Positions 28,901-41,769 of a stretch of 64,000 bases of DNA are shown piece after piece. The notes under the pieces were generated by a model. That model worked only from the letters and a program-made list of their open reading frames with translations. It had not been told where the DNA came from and searched no databases. This stretch comes from Lama guanicoe (Eukaryota), in the NCBI GenBank assembly GCA_013239625.1, contig MU053557.1:5901842-5965841 (forward strand), in the 5' to 3' direction. The position numbers and the translations under genes are program-made. Every line of letters begins with the position of its first letter. Position 1 is the first letter of the stretch.

Positions 28901-29553
28901 TCTGTATTACTTCCTTCTTTCTGCTAACTTTGGGCTTAGTTTATTATTTTTTAGTTCCTTGAGGTGTAAAATTAGGTTGTTTATTTGAGATCTTTCTTCT
29001 TTTTTAAAGTAGTCACTTACTGCTACAAACTTCTCTTAGTACTGCTTTTTCTGCAGCCCATAAATTTTGATATGTTGTGGTTTTACTTTCATTTGTCTCG
29101 AGATACTTTAAAAATTCTCATTTGATTTCCTCTTTGACTCAATGGTTGTTCAAGAGTGTGTTGTTCAGTTTCCACACATTTTTGAATTTTTTCCATTCTC
29201 CGGTCATCAGTGATTTCTAGTTTCATTCCATTGTGGTTATTAGAGAAGATACTTGGAATGATTTTGATCTTCTTAAATTTGTTAAGACCTGTTTTGTGGC
29301 CTAACATGTAATCTATTCGTGTGTTTGAGAATGTGTCTTCTGCTGCTGTTGTGTGGAATGTTCTGTTAATAACTGTTAGGTCCGTTTGGTCCATATAGTG
29401 TTGTTCAAGTCAAGTGTTTCTTTACTGATTTTCTGTCTGGATATTGTATCCAGTATTGCAAATGGGGTATTGACGTCTCCTCCTGTTACTGTACAGCTGC
29501 CAATTTCTGCCTTCGGATCTGTCAGTGTTTGCCTTATATATTCAGGTGCTCTG
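25941..29553 (-). mobile_element. LINE-1, about 3.6 kb, decayed ORF2 (endonuclease to C-terminus, with deletions) plus 3'UTR
   Basis: ORF fragments 29089..29394 (RIDYMLGHKTGLNKFKKI), 27946..28197 (TRQGCPLS) and 26601..26852 ([13 protein letters not shown]); approximate TSD CAGCATAT(T/G)TT at 25933 and 29556. Confidence 0.92.
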
Positions 29554-30425
29554 TCCAGCATATGTTCTGATATGATGTTGATAGTAATATCTTACATTTA
29601 ATATAGTGCTTTTTTATTTGTACAGTGCTTTCACATGTATTATCTCACAAGCTACATCATACTTTATCTATTTAACCCTAAAAGTCATTACATCACATTT
29701 ACTCTGACCTCTTATTCACCAAGCAACAGCCTGCTACTAATTTAGTTTCCTAGGTGGACTCTCCTCCTAGAAGAAAACGTATTAACAGCCAACTGCTTTG
29801 CAGTTATTTCTTCTGGTTAATGAATTCCTTGACCTTATGGCTTATAATTTAGGCTCTGCTGAGTTTTAATCACTTTTACTCGACTAATCTCCCCTGGTAA
29901 AATTAAGCCCCAGAGCCTGCAGGTTGCAGAGAGGCTGCAGACTTGAGCTGACCCCACATGAAACAGACACTGTTTGGAGGACTGGTTTTGAACAGTTCAA
30001 TTAAATGGACCATTATTTGGTCCCTGCTATGCCCCAGGTAGTGGGTGAGTCTTTTCTTTAGGTTCTCCCTCCTGAATCACCAACACCTGCCTCTCTCCAT
30101 TCTCACAGCCACTGTCTTAATTCAGAGTTCTACAGGTTTTCTCCTGTACTTACTGCAGCCCCCTGACTGTTATTGAATTAGCTCTCTACATTGAGCCAGA
30201 GTGGTTTTTCTAAAATGATCATGATCCTTTTGTTGTTTTGTTCAGCTTTCTTTAGTGGCTCTCCATCACCTACAGGACAAAACCCCTAACTCTTGGAATG
30301 GTTTATAAGGCCCTGTAGCCTCTGGCACCTGCCTACTTCTTCAGCCTCTCCTTCCAAACACCTCCTACTTGCACTCAAGGCCTATCTAAGTCTTGCTGAT
30401 CCACCAACAAGAGTATGCAGTATCT

Positions 30426-30563
30426 TTTTTTTTTTCTTTTTTTGGCTGGAGTGGGGAGAGGTAATTAGGTTTTTAAATTTTTTAATGGAGGTACTGGGGA
30501 TTGAACCTAGGACCTCATGCATGCTAAGCACACCCTCTACCATTGAGCTATACCCTCCCCTCT
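30426..30563 (-). mobile_element. Vic-1-like SINE inserted in an L2 remnant
   Basis: Reverse head; degenerate TSD AAGAGTATGCAGTATCT (30409-30425) / AAGAACATGCAGTGTCT (30564-30580). Confidence 0.85.
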
Positions 30564-31084
30564 AAGAACATGCAGTGTCTTTTTATACTTTTATGCCTCC
30601 ACATACAGTTCCCTTACCTATTCCAGGTTAACTTTCTCTGTGAAATTTTGTCCAACTTTGCAAAGAGGGAGTTGACCATGCTCACCTTTGTCCCACAGCT
30701 GTGTCCTTTTAGCACAGTTTGAACACTGTGTTGCCTTCATTTTTTAAAACAAAGTTGTCTTCCCTTCCAGACCATGGCCTGGCAAAGGGCCTGGCCCAGA
30801 ATAGGTGCTCAATAAATTTTGTCTGGTGACTTTTACTTCTGGAAATATTTATTACATGCACAAATGCTAAATTTACTAACATTACCTAATAAGTATTATT
30901 GGCAAGTCACCTTACAATACCTCCATGAAGCAGGTATTATAATTATTAACCCAATTTTGCAGGGGAGAAAATAGGCTAGGTTAAATAGGATAGGTTAAAT
31001 AATTTGCCCAAGGTCACACCAGTAGGAAGTGGATGATCCCAAGCCATTTAACTCCATACCCTGCTGTCTTACAGATTATGGTAC

Positions 31085-31685
31085 AGCCCATCCACTGGCC
31101 AACTTTTTCTGTAAAAAGCTAGGTAGCAAATATTTTAGGCTTTGCAGGCCAAGAGCCATAATCAAGGATATTATATAGCCATATAACAAGACGGAAAACT
31201 TCTGTTCCATCCCTCTGGATTGCCCATTGCTGGATGGTGGGCACACTTTGGACATCTCCTCCTAGCAAAGAGGAAGAAAGGCCAGTGGTGAGGGGGTGGA
31301 GCATAGTGGGAGAGGAGAGAGCAGTCACCACCATGGTCAATGTAACTCTCTTTTCCAATGACCCAGATCTTGGTGCCCTTCTCTCCTCCCAAGAAAGCCT
31401 GGCCATCTCACCTGGGGAAGACTGAGATTCCTCTGCTCTGTGACTTGTGGTTACCAGTTGCAGAATCCCCAGTGTGTAGGTAGTGACCAGCCTGGGCCCT
31501 AGGCAGTGGCAAGGCACAGGCACTGGAATGGGAGGCAGGCACTGGGAGCAGAGGGAGAACATAGTTCGCAAAGGATACCTAGCTTGGTTTCTGAGGCTCA
31601 CAGGGCCAGCTTGCTTCAGTGGTGCTTGCAGGCTTTACCAAAACAGACAGCGGCCATGGACTGGTGTTTGCTGACACCTGCTATA
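31085..31685 (+). mobile_element. MER58-like hAT element whose interior is replaced by about 430 bp of unrelated sequence
   Basis: 5' end GGCCAACTTTTTCTGTAAAAAG...AAATATTTTAGGCTTTGCAGGCCA; 3' end TTTACCAAAACAGACAGCGGCC...GTTTGCTGACACCTG. Confidence 0.6.
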
Positions 31686-32099
31686 GCCTCCTGGGGTAGT
31701 AGACTGGACAGCTCAGAATTATCATACAGTAGAAAGATCCTCGTTCAATGCTTATATTTTTCAGATGGAGAAAACAAGGTCCAGAGAGTCAAAGGACCTA
31801 TGTCCCCAGGTTTTCTCACTCCTGGTACAGTATTCTGTGTTCTAATTCCATAAATGCAGTTCCCTGCACACCATATCAGTTCATTCATATTCACAGCCGA
31901 GTAAGAAACCAGTTGCTCTTCTAACAACACTTAAAAAGAGAAGAAAGCAAGTGTAAAGGAAAGTGGAACACTAATGGATAGATAACCTATTCAGTTTTGC
32001 CCTGGAAGTTTCCTGGGACTCCATCATTCCCATTTTGGGCGCATGAGTTTCACATCCCTGGAATGCTCTCTACTTGGCTTCAACAGGAATTTCCCAAGT

Positions 32100-32682
32100 C
32101 GTGGGTTCTGACCAGCAGAAGTCCTACCGACACAGAATGAATTACTCTAGACTCTGTGGAAAGTCAAGAGAGCAAGAGGGAGCCAGGAGCCAACTCCACG
32201 AGCCTCTCAAATGCCCCCACATTTATTGTGTACAATCAAAGGAAAAATCATTAACAGTTGTGTGATGGAATGCAGGAATTTAGGGAAAGACAGGATGGAG
32301 ATTGGAGAAGTCACAATGAGTACAAAGGCTTTGTTTATCTTTAGGGAAGTCACAGGGAGAGGGGAACAACATTCTTACAGGTATGTTAAAGCAGACCACC
32401 AGCCCAGCCAGGTCCTTGTTTTGGGGATAACAGACTATCTAACAGCAGGCATGCCCAGCGTTTATAGCTGAGGGCCTGGGTCGTTGCTTTGCGATGAGCA
32501 GAGCGCTATCTAAAACCTAAACTATGCGAGCAAGGCATTGTCTCTGCTTTTTATGGCAAGGAGACAGGAGTGGGGATGCACAGGTGCCTGCTTGCAAAGC
32601 GGTTACTGAGCATATTCGTTCTTAAAGGAGACAAGCGGCTGCGGTCTGTTACAATTTGTTAACCCAGTCATGAGCTCCCACA
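32100..32682 (-). mobile_element. Solo LTR, ERVK/betaretrovirus-like (583 bp)
   Basis: Perfect 6-bp TSD CCAAGT (32094-32099, 32683-32688); minus-strand termini TGTGGG...CCCACG; TATAAA at 32461-32466 and AATAAA at 32222-32227 on the minus strand. Confidence 0.85.
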
Positions 32683-33519
32683 CCAAGTGTACCTCAGGCC
32701 TAAGCAAAACTTGTCCCCTCCTTTCTCTTCTTTGTGCTTAGTAGACTAACCAGAAGTTAATGTTAATTCTGTGGCACTGTGGTACACTTGCTCTGTGCTC
32801 TGCTGAAGATGTGGGGAGGTGAACTGGGTTAGTAGATACACAGGGTGACTTCAGGTTAACCGCTGTGGCTGATCCTCAATTGCTGCTAGTGCTTAAAGCA
32901 GACCTCAGGCCCCCGAAGTGCTGGTAACAGATAGTTCGTGGCCATGCACTCTCTCTGCCACTCACCTCTTCCACCTGCTTGTTTGCCCACTCACCCCTGG
33001 GAACTCACAACTAATGCAAGAGACCATATTCCTCAGTGAAGTAAGGGTGAAATCATGGAACAGTAGAGCCAAAAGTGACCTTAGAGATTAATGAGTCCAC
33101 TCACCTTATTTTAAAGATGGAGAACTGAAGCCCAGAGAAGGGAAGGGACTTGCCCAGGTTCCCAGAGGCAGTTGGAAGGGAAGCTAGGGCTTGAACACAG
33201 GTCTTCATTCTAAGTTTACTGCGTCTGCTACACTTAGCTGGACCTCCATCTCTACACAATTCACCATCCAACCCTACAGATTGCTTCTAGGAGACCACCA
33301 GTGTATTGCTTGTTGCATTGAATGAAAGAGAACTGAAAATTGAATTCCAGCCTAACTCAGTGCCTGTCACAGAGCAGGCACCCAATAAATATTTGTTGAA
33401 TGGTTGAATAATCTCTTCAACTATCTAAAATTTGCTGGCAGGTGGAAGCCAGTAAATTAAAAAAAATTTTTTTTTCCTTTTGGTCTTTAAGTAGTTCCTT
33501 CTTTTAAAAGTTAAAGGAA

Positions 33520-34120
33520 GAAATGGGGGAAGGGAGGCTGGTCACAATTTTAAACAAGGTGGTCAGGATGGGGCTCATGAGAAGCTAAGATCTGAGCAAA
33601 GATTGGAAGGAGGTGGGGAGAGGGCTGGGGGCTATCTGGGGGAAGAGCCTTCCAAGCAGAGTCTGAGCAAAGTCTCTAAGGCCTAACTGAGAAACAGTAA
33701 GGAGGCAGTGGGGCTGTTAAGGAGTGAGCAAGGGGGAGAGGTGTAAGGGGTGTGGTCCCAGAGGTAATAGGGGCACAGCTCATGTAGGATCTTGAAGGCA
33801 TTTTTAAGGACTTTGGGTTTTGCTCTGAAGGAAGCAGAGAGCCGTCACAGAATTTCAAACAGAGCAGTGACATGATCTAACCCACACTGACCAAGGGTCA
33901 CTCTGGACACTGTTTTGGGAATAGACTGTAGAGAGACAAGGATAGAAGCAGGGGGTCAGTTTGGAGATTACTGCAGTGACCCAGGCAGCAGGCAACAGTG
34001 CCATGGACCAGGGATTCTGACTGTGTTTTGAAGTAGAGCCCATGAGACTTCCTGATGCCCAACTCTGGGAAGACATGAACATAGACTGCTCTGTGAAGGG
34101 TAGGTAGTCTGGAGCCACAT
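33520..34120 (-). mobile_element. L2 remnant
   Basis: TAAGGACTTTGGGTTTTGCTCTG...CAGAGCAGTGACATGATCT are typical L2 motifs; further L2 pieces at about 1580-1990, 13050-13510, 20133-20230, 30070-30830 and 54250-54480. Confidence 0.7.
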
Positions 34121-35192
34121 CAGAGATGCTCTTGTTGGGGTAGGGATAACCTATTTCATGGTTTGGTCAAATTCAGCCACTGGGAGTTTATTTCCTCAGA
34201 ATTTATCAAGACTCTCTGTTTGTTCCCCCAGAGGTCAAAAGGAAAATATCACGGAAAGGATCAGACACTTTTATGTTTAAAGGAAGAGGATGAAGCTAAC
34301 TTGTTTAGTCTCTAGTTTACTTTGTTCCACGTCATAAAGCATGATGATTGCCACACAGGAAAGCACATTTCACAAGAGGCCCAGAGAAAGAGCCAGTCCG
34401 TTACTAAACACATGAATCAGATCTTTGGAGCTCCAGCTCAGGCTGAGAAGGGGAAGCCGGTGTGGGAGAGCCCAACCCGTTTGCAGTGATGCCAAGGGCT
34501 CTTCCACACAAGCTTTGCCCTTTGCTGTGCAGGTAACATCAGTTAAAAGCTAAAGCAAGTAGAGCATAGGACATCATTAAGTTGCTATGTAAGTATTTGT
34601 TATTAGGCCACAGAGTTTAGTCTAATGCCTTCCTTTACAAGTGGGAAAACAGGGTGGGAGAGAGGGAAATGGCTTGTCTGAAGTTACATGGACCTCCAGT
34701 TTAATGAGCACTAAGTTGCATTATATTTGGATGATTGGGATCTCTAGTTTGGCCCTCACTCCCATCTGTGCATCCTGGGTGCCCCTTACAATTCATTTCT
34801 TTAGACTTTGAGCTGTCACTGTCTCATTAGAGAATCCTTCTGCCCTCCCAGGGAAGTTTAATGGGATGTTCTGAGACCTATAGAAGCCAGCCTGCAAACT
34901 GTCCTTCAGTGGTGTACACACCCTTGTGCACTCCCCTTTCACGTGGTACCAGGGTTGGTCTGTGTGACCAGTAGCATACAACAGAAGTGGTGGTATGACA
35001 CTTCCACCATTAGATTATAAAAGTCCATGGTTCCTATGCTGGGTGCCCTCTTGCTGTGCTGGGTGCTCTCTTGGATCACTTGTTTGGGAGAAGCAAGCTG
35101 CCATTTTGTGAGCAACTCTATGGAGAGGCTTATGTGGTCAGGAAGAACTTCAGTCCTGGCCAACAGCCAGTGAGGACGAAGGCCTGCCAACA

Positions 35193-36133
35193 AAGAACTT
35201 AATCACAAAATGGTAAGGAGACTTAAATAGACATTTCTCCAAAGAAGACACACAGATCGCCAACAGACACATGAAAAGATGCTCAACATCGCTAATTATT
35301 AGAGAAATGCAGAACTACAATGAGGTATCACCTCACACTGGTCAGAACACCCATCATCAAAAAGTCTACAGATAAAAAATGCTGGAGAGGGTGTGAGGGA
35401 AAGGGAACCCTCCAGCACTGTCGGTGGGGATGTAAATTGGTGCAGCCAGTATAGAAAACAGTATGGATGTTCCTTAAAAAAACTAAAAATAGAGCTACCT
35501 TATGAGCCAGCAATCCCACTCGTAGGCCTATATTCAGAAAAGATGAAAGCTGAAATTTGAGAAGATAAATGCATCCCAATGTTCACAGCAGCACTAGTTA
35601 CAATTGCCGAGATGTGGCAACAACTCAAATGCCCATCAACAGATGTTAAGTTTAAGAAAATGCGATGTCTGTGAATGTATACAATGGAATATTACTCAGC
35701 CAGAAGAATGAAATATTGCCATCTGCAGCAACAGGGATGGACCCAGAGAATATCATACTAAGTGAATTAAGTCAGATAGAGAAAGACAAATATATGATGT
35801 CACTCATATGTGGAATCTAAAAAATAATACAAATGAATCAATATACAAAATAGAAACAGACTCACAGACAGAAAACAAATTTATGGTTACTTGAGGGGAA
35901 GGGAGTGGGGAAGGATAAATTAGGAGTATGGGATTAGCAGATACAAACTATTATACATAAAATAGATAAGCAATAAAGATTTACTGTATAATACAGGGAA
36001 CAATATTCAATATCTTGTAATAACCAATAATGGAAAATAATCTGAGGAATATACATATAAAACTGAATCACTTTGCTATAAATCATGAAATAACACAATA
36101 TTATAAATCAGCTATACTTCAATTAAAAAAAAA
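35193..36133 (+). mobile_element. LINE-1 3' end inserted into a MaLR LTR
   Basis: AATAGACATTTCTCCAAAGAAGAC...TATACTTCAATTAAAAAAAAA. Confidence 0.88.
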
Positions 36134-36319
36134 GGTTATATGACTTGGCCAAGATTACATGAAATTGATTAAACTGTGCTATGTATATATGTGTGTGTGT
36201 GTGTGTAAATATCTAGCACACTTTCCTCATTTATTCTTCCATGGGTGGACACCTAGGTTGTTTCCACATCCTGGCTATTGTAAATAATACTGCAGTGAGC
36301 ATGGCGGGGTGCACTTATC

Positions 36320-36476
36320 TTTTTTTTAATTAATTAATTTATTTATTGGTTTTGTTTGTTTGTGGGGGGAGGTAATTAGGTTTATTTATTTATTTTAATG
36401 GAGATACTGGGGATGGAACCCAGGACCTTGTGCATGCTAGGCATGTGCTCTACCGCTGAGCTACAACCTCCCCCCT
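36320..36476 (-). mobile_element. Vic-1-like SINE (first of an adjacent pair, inside an L1 fragment)
   Basis: Reverse head ...GCTGAGCTACAACCTCCCCC and T-rich tail. Confidence 0.85.
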
Positions 36477-36499
36477 CAGATATCTTTCCAAGTTAGTGT

Positions 36500-36652
36500 T
36501 TTCTTTTTCTTCTTTTTTTTTTTGTTTGTTTTTTCGGTTTATTTTGTGTGTGGTGGGGTAATAAAGTTTATTTATTTATTTTCAGAGGAGGTACTGGGGA
36601 TTTAGAGGAGTGCTAAGCATGCACTCTACCACTTGAGCTATACCCTCCCCCC
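36500..36652 (-). mobile_element. Vic-1-like SINE (second of the pair; B-box region damaged)
   Basis: GTACTGGGGATTTAGAGGAGTGCTAAGCATGCACTCTACCACTTGAGCTATACCCTCCCC lacks the GAACCCAGGACC segment. Confidence 0.8.
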
Positions 36653-36879
36653 TTTTCTTTTTCTTCTGATAAGCTGCTAAATTTTGAGATTCTTTGTTAC
36701 ACAGCAATAGATAATATAACCAGCTTCCTTTACCACCCCCATAACAGTTAGCCTCTGTTGCAATGTATGCTTTTCTGTCTCTGCTTCCTCCACCATCCTT
36801 GTCATCACCTGTGCACTTCACACGTATCCTCATCACCAGTTATCTGAGGCCAAACCCTGAAGTCATCAAACTTTCTGAA

Positions 36880-37815
36880 CCACTCATGGTATCAACTGGA
36901 GCAGATTGTGGGCTAAACTCAGAATTTGAGAAAATTTTAATACAGGGACTACTTAAAAAAGCATGAATTGGGTGGAGGGTCATCACAAGGAATATTGTAG
37001 TGCCTCATACAGAGGTAAAGTGCTGTTTAATGGCCTGGGGCCGGAAGGGGTCAGGAGAGGGGGAACTTGCTGGAACCTGGAGACAGAGCTGTGTAAAGAG
37101 GGCCCCCCGAAAAGTCAGACCTCTGGGTGGAGGACAGAGTCAGGCATTGACATCCTTGGGGTGGAAGATAGTATGCAAAACACCTCAGCTCCTGCTGGTT
37201 CATCCCTCTTAGCTAAACCCTACAGGAAGCAAGACATCAAGGAAACCTATGTTAGTTTGGGTTCCCTTAAAAGCAGACTATGCAGTAAGGGTTTAAGTAA
37301 AAGTCATTTATTTGAGAGGTTCACAGTACACTAGGAGGAGTGAGGAAGTGACACAGGGAAGAGAAGGTAGCCAGTAAGATTGTGTTATTAAACCAGCTAT
37401 CAGAGTGTGTGACTGGAGCTCAGTCCCACAGAGAAACTCAGGGAGACAATGTAAACATATACATCAAAGTGATTCCACCAAAGAGTGAGGGAGTTGGGGT
37501 ATTTATACATCTAAGGTCTTTGGTTGAGAGATGCTCCTGGGGATGGGTGTTAACTCCTGGGCACGTTTGGAATGCCAGGCTGGCAGATTGGCCTTGTATG
37601 GTTCTGGGAAAAGCCCTCAGCAACAAAGATGCAGGTAGCAGCAGCTGGCAGTCTGCAGAGAACTGAAGTGGGTGAGTTCCCAGTGATTTGGGCGGGGCAT
37701 TGACAGTGTCGGCTACAGGGCACACTGATGTGGGCTAGATGTAGTAGAGATGCGTCTCCCCATGTACAGCGCAAAATGCAGAAGTGTGTGGGGGTGAATC
37801 TGGAGGGACAAATAT
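36880..37815. mobile_element. ERVL LTRs: LTR33-like element interrupted by an LTR16-like LTR (about 37250-37718)
   Basis: TGTTAGTTTGGGTTCCC...GGAAGTGACACAGGGAAG...GTGTCGGCTACA; flanking GTGAATCTGGAGGGACAAA; subfamily from recall. Confidence 0.55.
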
Positions 37816-39645
37816 AATTTAATGTATATTTAAAGTAACTAAGTCCTATTTACCAATACTCTGTAAAATGTAGTAGCACTGTTTAGGTTTCCAAAGGATT
37901 TTTCCTTTTGATTCTCACAGTCACAGTCACTGTCCTCTACCCTCTATCCTCGTCATACATCCAGGGGTCTGACTGTGCGTTAGCTTGGGCAGGAATGACT
38001 CCACTTCCTGGAGCCAAAAACAGAGGCACAGAGAGGGGACTTCATGCAGTAAGAGACAGTCAGGTGCGGGACATTTAGAATCAGTTCTGCCACTTAACGG
38101 CTGGGTAACCTTAGATAAGCTAACTATCCTCTTTGGGAGGTTAAGTTAGTAACACTGGGGTTAATAACATTTTCAGCATAGAATTGTTGCGAGGACTAAG
38201 TGGTATGATGCATGTAAAATCCTTGCTATGTGGTAAGCAGTCTTAAAGAAATATTTTTAAGTAAGTAATTTTTTTTTTGTGGAAAAAAAAAAGGGCAAAG
38301 GCTTTATTATGCAGTTTTTTTTTGAGCTCACAGTTTGCTTCAAAAATTAGACTGACTGGGCTGAGATATCTTCCAGTAATAGGCATTCTACAGTCTCTCT
38401 CAGCTACATGACTGTGTGATAATTGAACGCTCTGGAATTAAGGCAAGAGAATTGATTCAAATAATTATAAGCACATTAACGAGACCACATGACCATCACT
38501 CCACTTGAGAGCTATAAAACAGAAACTTTCATTTCCTTGTCTTTCTTCCTGTCTGCACGGCAACTTATTTTATCTCAAATTCCATGTTTGGAGAGTTCCA
38601 TCATTCCACCTTTTTGCCTAATCGTTAGTTTAATGAGGTCTTTCAGCTATAGTTAAAAAAAAAGTTGTAATTAAAATTAAAGTTCCTGCATCTAGTTTCC
38701 AGACTGAAAGCATATTTCTTTTGTGAGTTAGCAAGCAAGTGGGGCTTCCCCAAAGAGTAAGAAGGCATTTTGCCCAAGGATCTGTAGGGCAACAAGAACC
38801 TTGGCAATTTTTCCAGGGGGGAAAGGGGAAGGGAGGGAGCACAGTGGTTGCAGGAGTCGTGGCGCCCCGGGCCTGACTTCCCACGAGGAACTGAGCTGTT
38901 CAGGGGCCCAGAGGGAGGGCGCCCGTGTCTGAGCCAGGACATATCCATAAGTGGAACACGATGGATCTCCTCGCACTGAAGTGCTTTTACCTCAAAACTG
39001 CAGTAACCTTATGACCCGTGAGCCTTAACTTTGAAAGGATTTTGAAAGTGCAAGTGACTTCAAAGAACATCTAATTTAACTCCCTTCTTTTCACTTATGG
39101 GGCCAAAAGACCTAGAGATGGGGAGGGACTCCATTAAGGTCACATGGCAAACTATCCACAGAGCCAGCACAAGAAGGCAGGTGCCATCCTGTTCAGTGCC
39201 AGTTTAGTGCCCATGACATTGTGCCCACAGTGCACTCACTCGCCTCTGTCTCCTCGGCCCTCCACCATTATGTCTCTCTGGTTGAGTACCTCCAGTGTTA
39301 AGGAGCCCAAGACACCCCAAGAAAGTTCATTCGGTTTCATCTTCAGACAGCTCTCAAGAAATTGTTTCTTCAAGTGAACTGAGATCTGCTTCCTCTTGGC
39401 TGAAACTCTTTGGTTCTAGGTTGGCCCTCAGGATGGCTCCCTCTGCCCCACGTACCTCAGTGCTCTGCTCAGAGTCCACACGGCCTCCATGAGCCACCTG
39501 TCACTACATCCCACAGCCTGGTTTCTTGCAGTTCTGTATTTTTTGGCTTGCTTTAGAAGCTGACAGGAATTTTATATTCTACACACACACACAAGTACCT
39601 TGTTACAGTTTCCTTCAGACTGCAGTGGTCAGAAGGGAAAACAAA

Positions 39646-40239
39646 TGTGATGGTTAATTTTATGTGTCAACTTGACTGGGCTATGGTACCCAGATTCTTG
39701 GTCAAACACTTCCTTGTGTTGCTATGAAGGTATTTTTAAGATGAGATGGAAATTTTGTTTTTGGCAGGGGGAAGGTAATTAGTTTTGTTTGTTTTTCTCT
39801 TTCTTTAATGGAGGTGCTGTATATTGAACCCAGGACCTCCTGCATGCTAAGCATGTGCTCTACCACTGAGCTACACTCTCCCCTCATTAGATGAGATTGA
39901 CATTTTAATAAATAGACTGAGTAAAGCAGATCGCCCTTCATAATGTGGGTGGGCCTCATCCCATCAGTTGAAGACCTTAAAAAATTCTCTCTGAGGAAGA
40001 GGGAATCTGCTAGCAGATGGCCTTTGGAATTGGGCTGAAGCATCAACACCTCTCTGGGACTCCAGCCTGCTAGCCTACCCTACAGATTTTGAAGTTGTCA
40101 GCCTCCTCAATCATATTCCTTAAAATAAATTGATCTCTTCCCCTTCATTTCTCTTTATAACAAAAACACACACACATGCGCACACACACAATTGGTTCTG
40201 TTTTGGTTTTTTTTTTTTTTGAGAATCTAAAATAATACA
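39646..40239 (+). mobile_element. MLT2 (ERVL) LTR
   Basis: Diagnostic start TGTGATGGTTAATTTTATGTGTCAACTTGACTGGGC, internal (CA)n, end TAATACA. Confidence 0.85.
39748..39885 (-). mobile_element. Vic-1-like SINE inserted in an MLT2 LTR
   Basis: TSD AGATGAGAT at 39739-39747 and 39889-39897. Confidence 0.85.
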
Positions 40240-41769
40240 ATGTTTTCAAGCATAGAACTTTGCCTTTAAGCAGAACCTCAGAACTGGAAAGAGAAGTCTT
40301 GGTTAACTGCTCAGCATCCACCATTCATTCATTCATTCAACAAAGGGAACATTATTCTGCATGACGTGCTGGTGATAGAAATACTGCAATGAGAGTTTTG
40401 AACGTAGGGCCTTGATAAAATCAGACCCTGGCTAAAATCATAGTGCAGAGTGGCAGAATTTAGGCTCTGTAGTCAGACAGTCCTGGGTTCACATCTGGCT
40501 TTAACAATTACCAGCTGGTGACCTTGGAAAGTCACTCACCCTCCCTGAGCCTCAGTTTAGTTTCCCCATCTGTAAGAGGAAGGGTTTGGATTAGACAATC
40601 TTCCATCTTTCCCTTTAATTTTGTGTGGTGTTTCAATTTATTGAAAATTCAGTAAGGGAAGAATTATAAGTGGTTATCAGTCAACCAATAGGATAACAAA
40701 GAATGTTGAAATAAGACTGATAAATTAGATGCAAAATTGGTTAGTGCTCTATACGGTAATAAAAACATTTACTTGAGGGCCCAGAAACAAACCTATAGAT
40801 GAATATATAATTCATATATACTATGCATATATACTATGTTTCCAGTCATAAGCTCTTTCCCATTCATGATTTCACTCGATCCTATTTCATCCTCACTAAG
40901 ACCCCCTGAGGTAGGCACTGGCATTCACATTTTGTACAAGGGGAAACTGAGGCTCATAGACATTAAATACTTTCCCCAAGGTCACACAGGAAGTGCCAGA
41001 ATTGGGATCTGTTGCCAATGCTATGTTCTCTCCAAATAGTTCGTTCAAGTATAATTTTGAAAATGTTAAAAATATAATTTGTATCCATACATACAGTCAG
41101 CATAAATCAAAGTTTTATTTAGATGTTTAATGAAAGAAACAGTAGGATGACAAAGAATGCTGACAAAATATTGATACGTTAGATGCAAAATTGGTTAATG
41201 CCCTATAGGGCAAGAGAAACACAACTTCTAGGGTTATCTTTTTTATCAGATAGAAATAATTTGTATCTCTTCTGGGCAAACCCACCAACCAACCAAACAA
41301 ACAAATTGTATCTCATCAAACTTTCTACAAGTTAGCATCTAACTTTACAGAGTTGTAAAATGTCTTGGCCCTAATTAACAGAAAGTAGTAAATCAAACAA
41401 AGGTACACATTTCTAGGGAGTCAGATGATTTTTAGGCAGGCATCTTAGGCCATGTTCTTCTATGACGTTGATTAGACATCTAGTTGTCCTTTTGGTTTAT
41501 TTCTGAGTTTTGATCATTTTTCTTATCAGTCCACCTATATGGTCAAAAACTCAAAAATTATTCATGATCACAAAAATGGCTGATTTCACTATATGTTGGG
41601 GATATTTGACCTGACTCACTTGCAAAGAAGCCTCGCTGTTGTATGGCCAGCAAATCTAGGGCACGTGGTGCTGAACAACTACTACAGCCAGAGGACTAAC
41701 TTCCATTTGGAGATTTCCCAAGGAGCTAGGGATTGAATGCTCATTACCCACTATCATTCCAAATATATT

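Larger units (their letters stand above)
34880..36720 (+). mobile_element. MLT1-type MaLR LTR, split (34880-35192 and about 36665-36720) by L1/SINE insertions
   Basis: MLT1-like 5' part (GGAGAAGCAAGCTGCCATTTTGTGAGC) and terminal CAGCAATAGATAATAATAAC. Confidence 0.65.
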
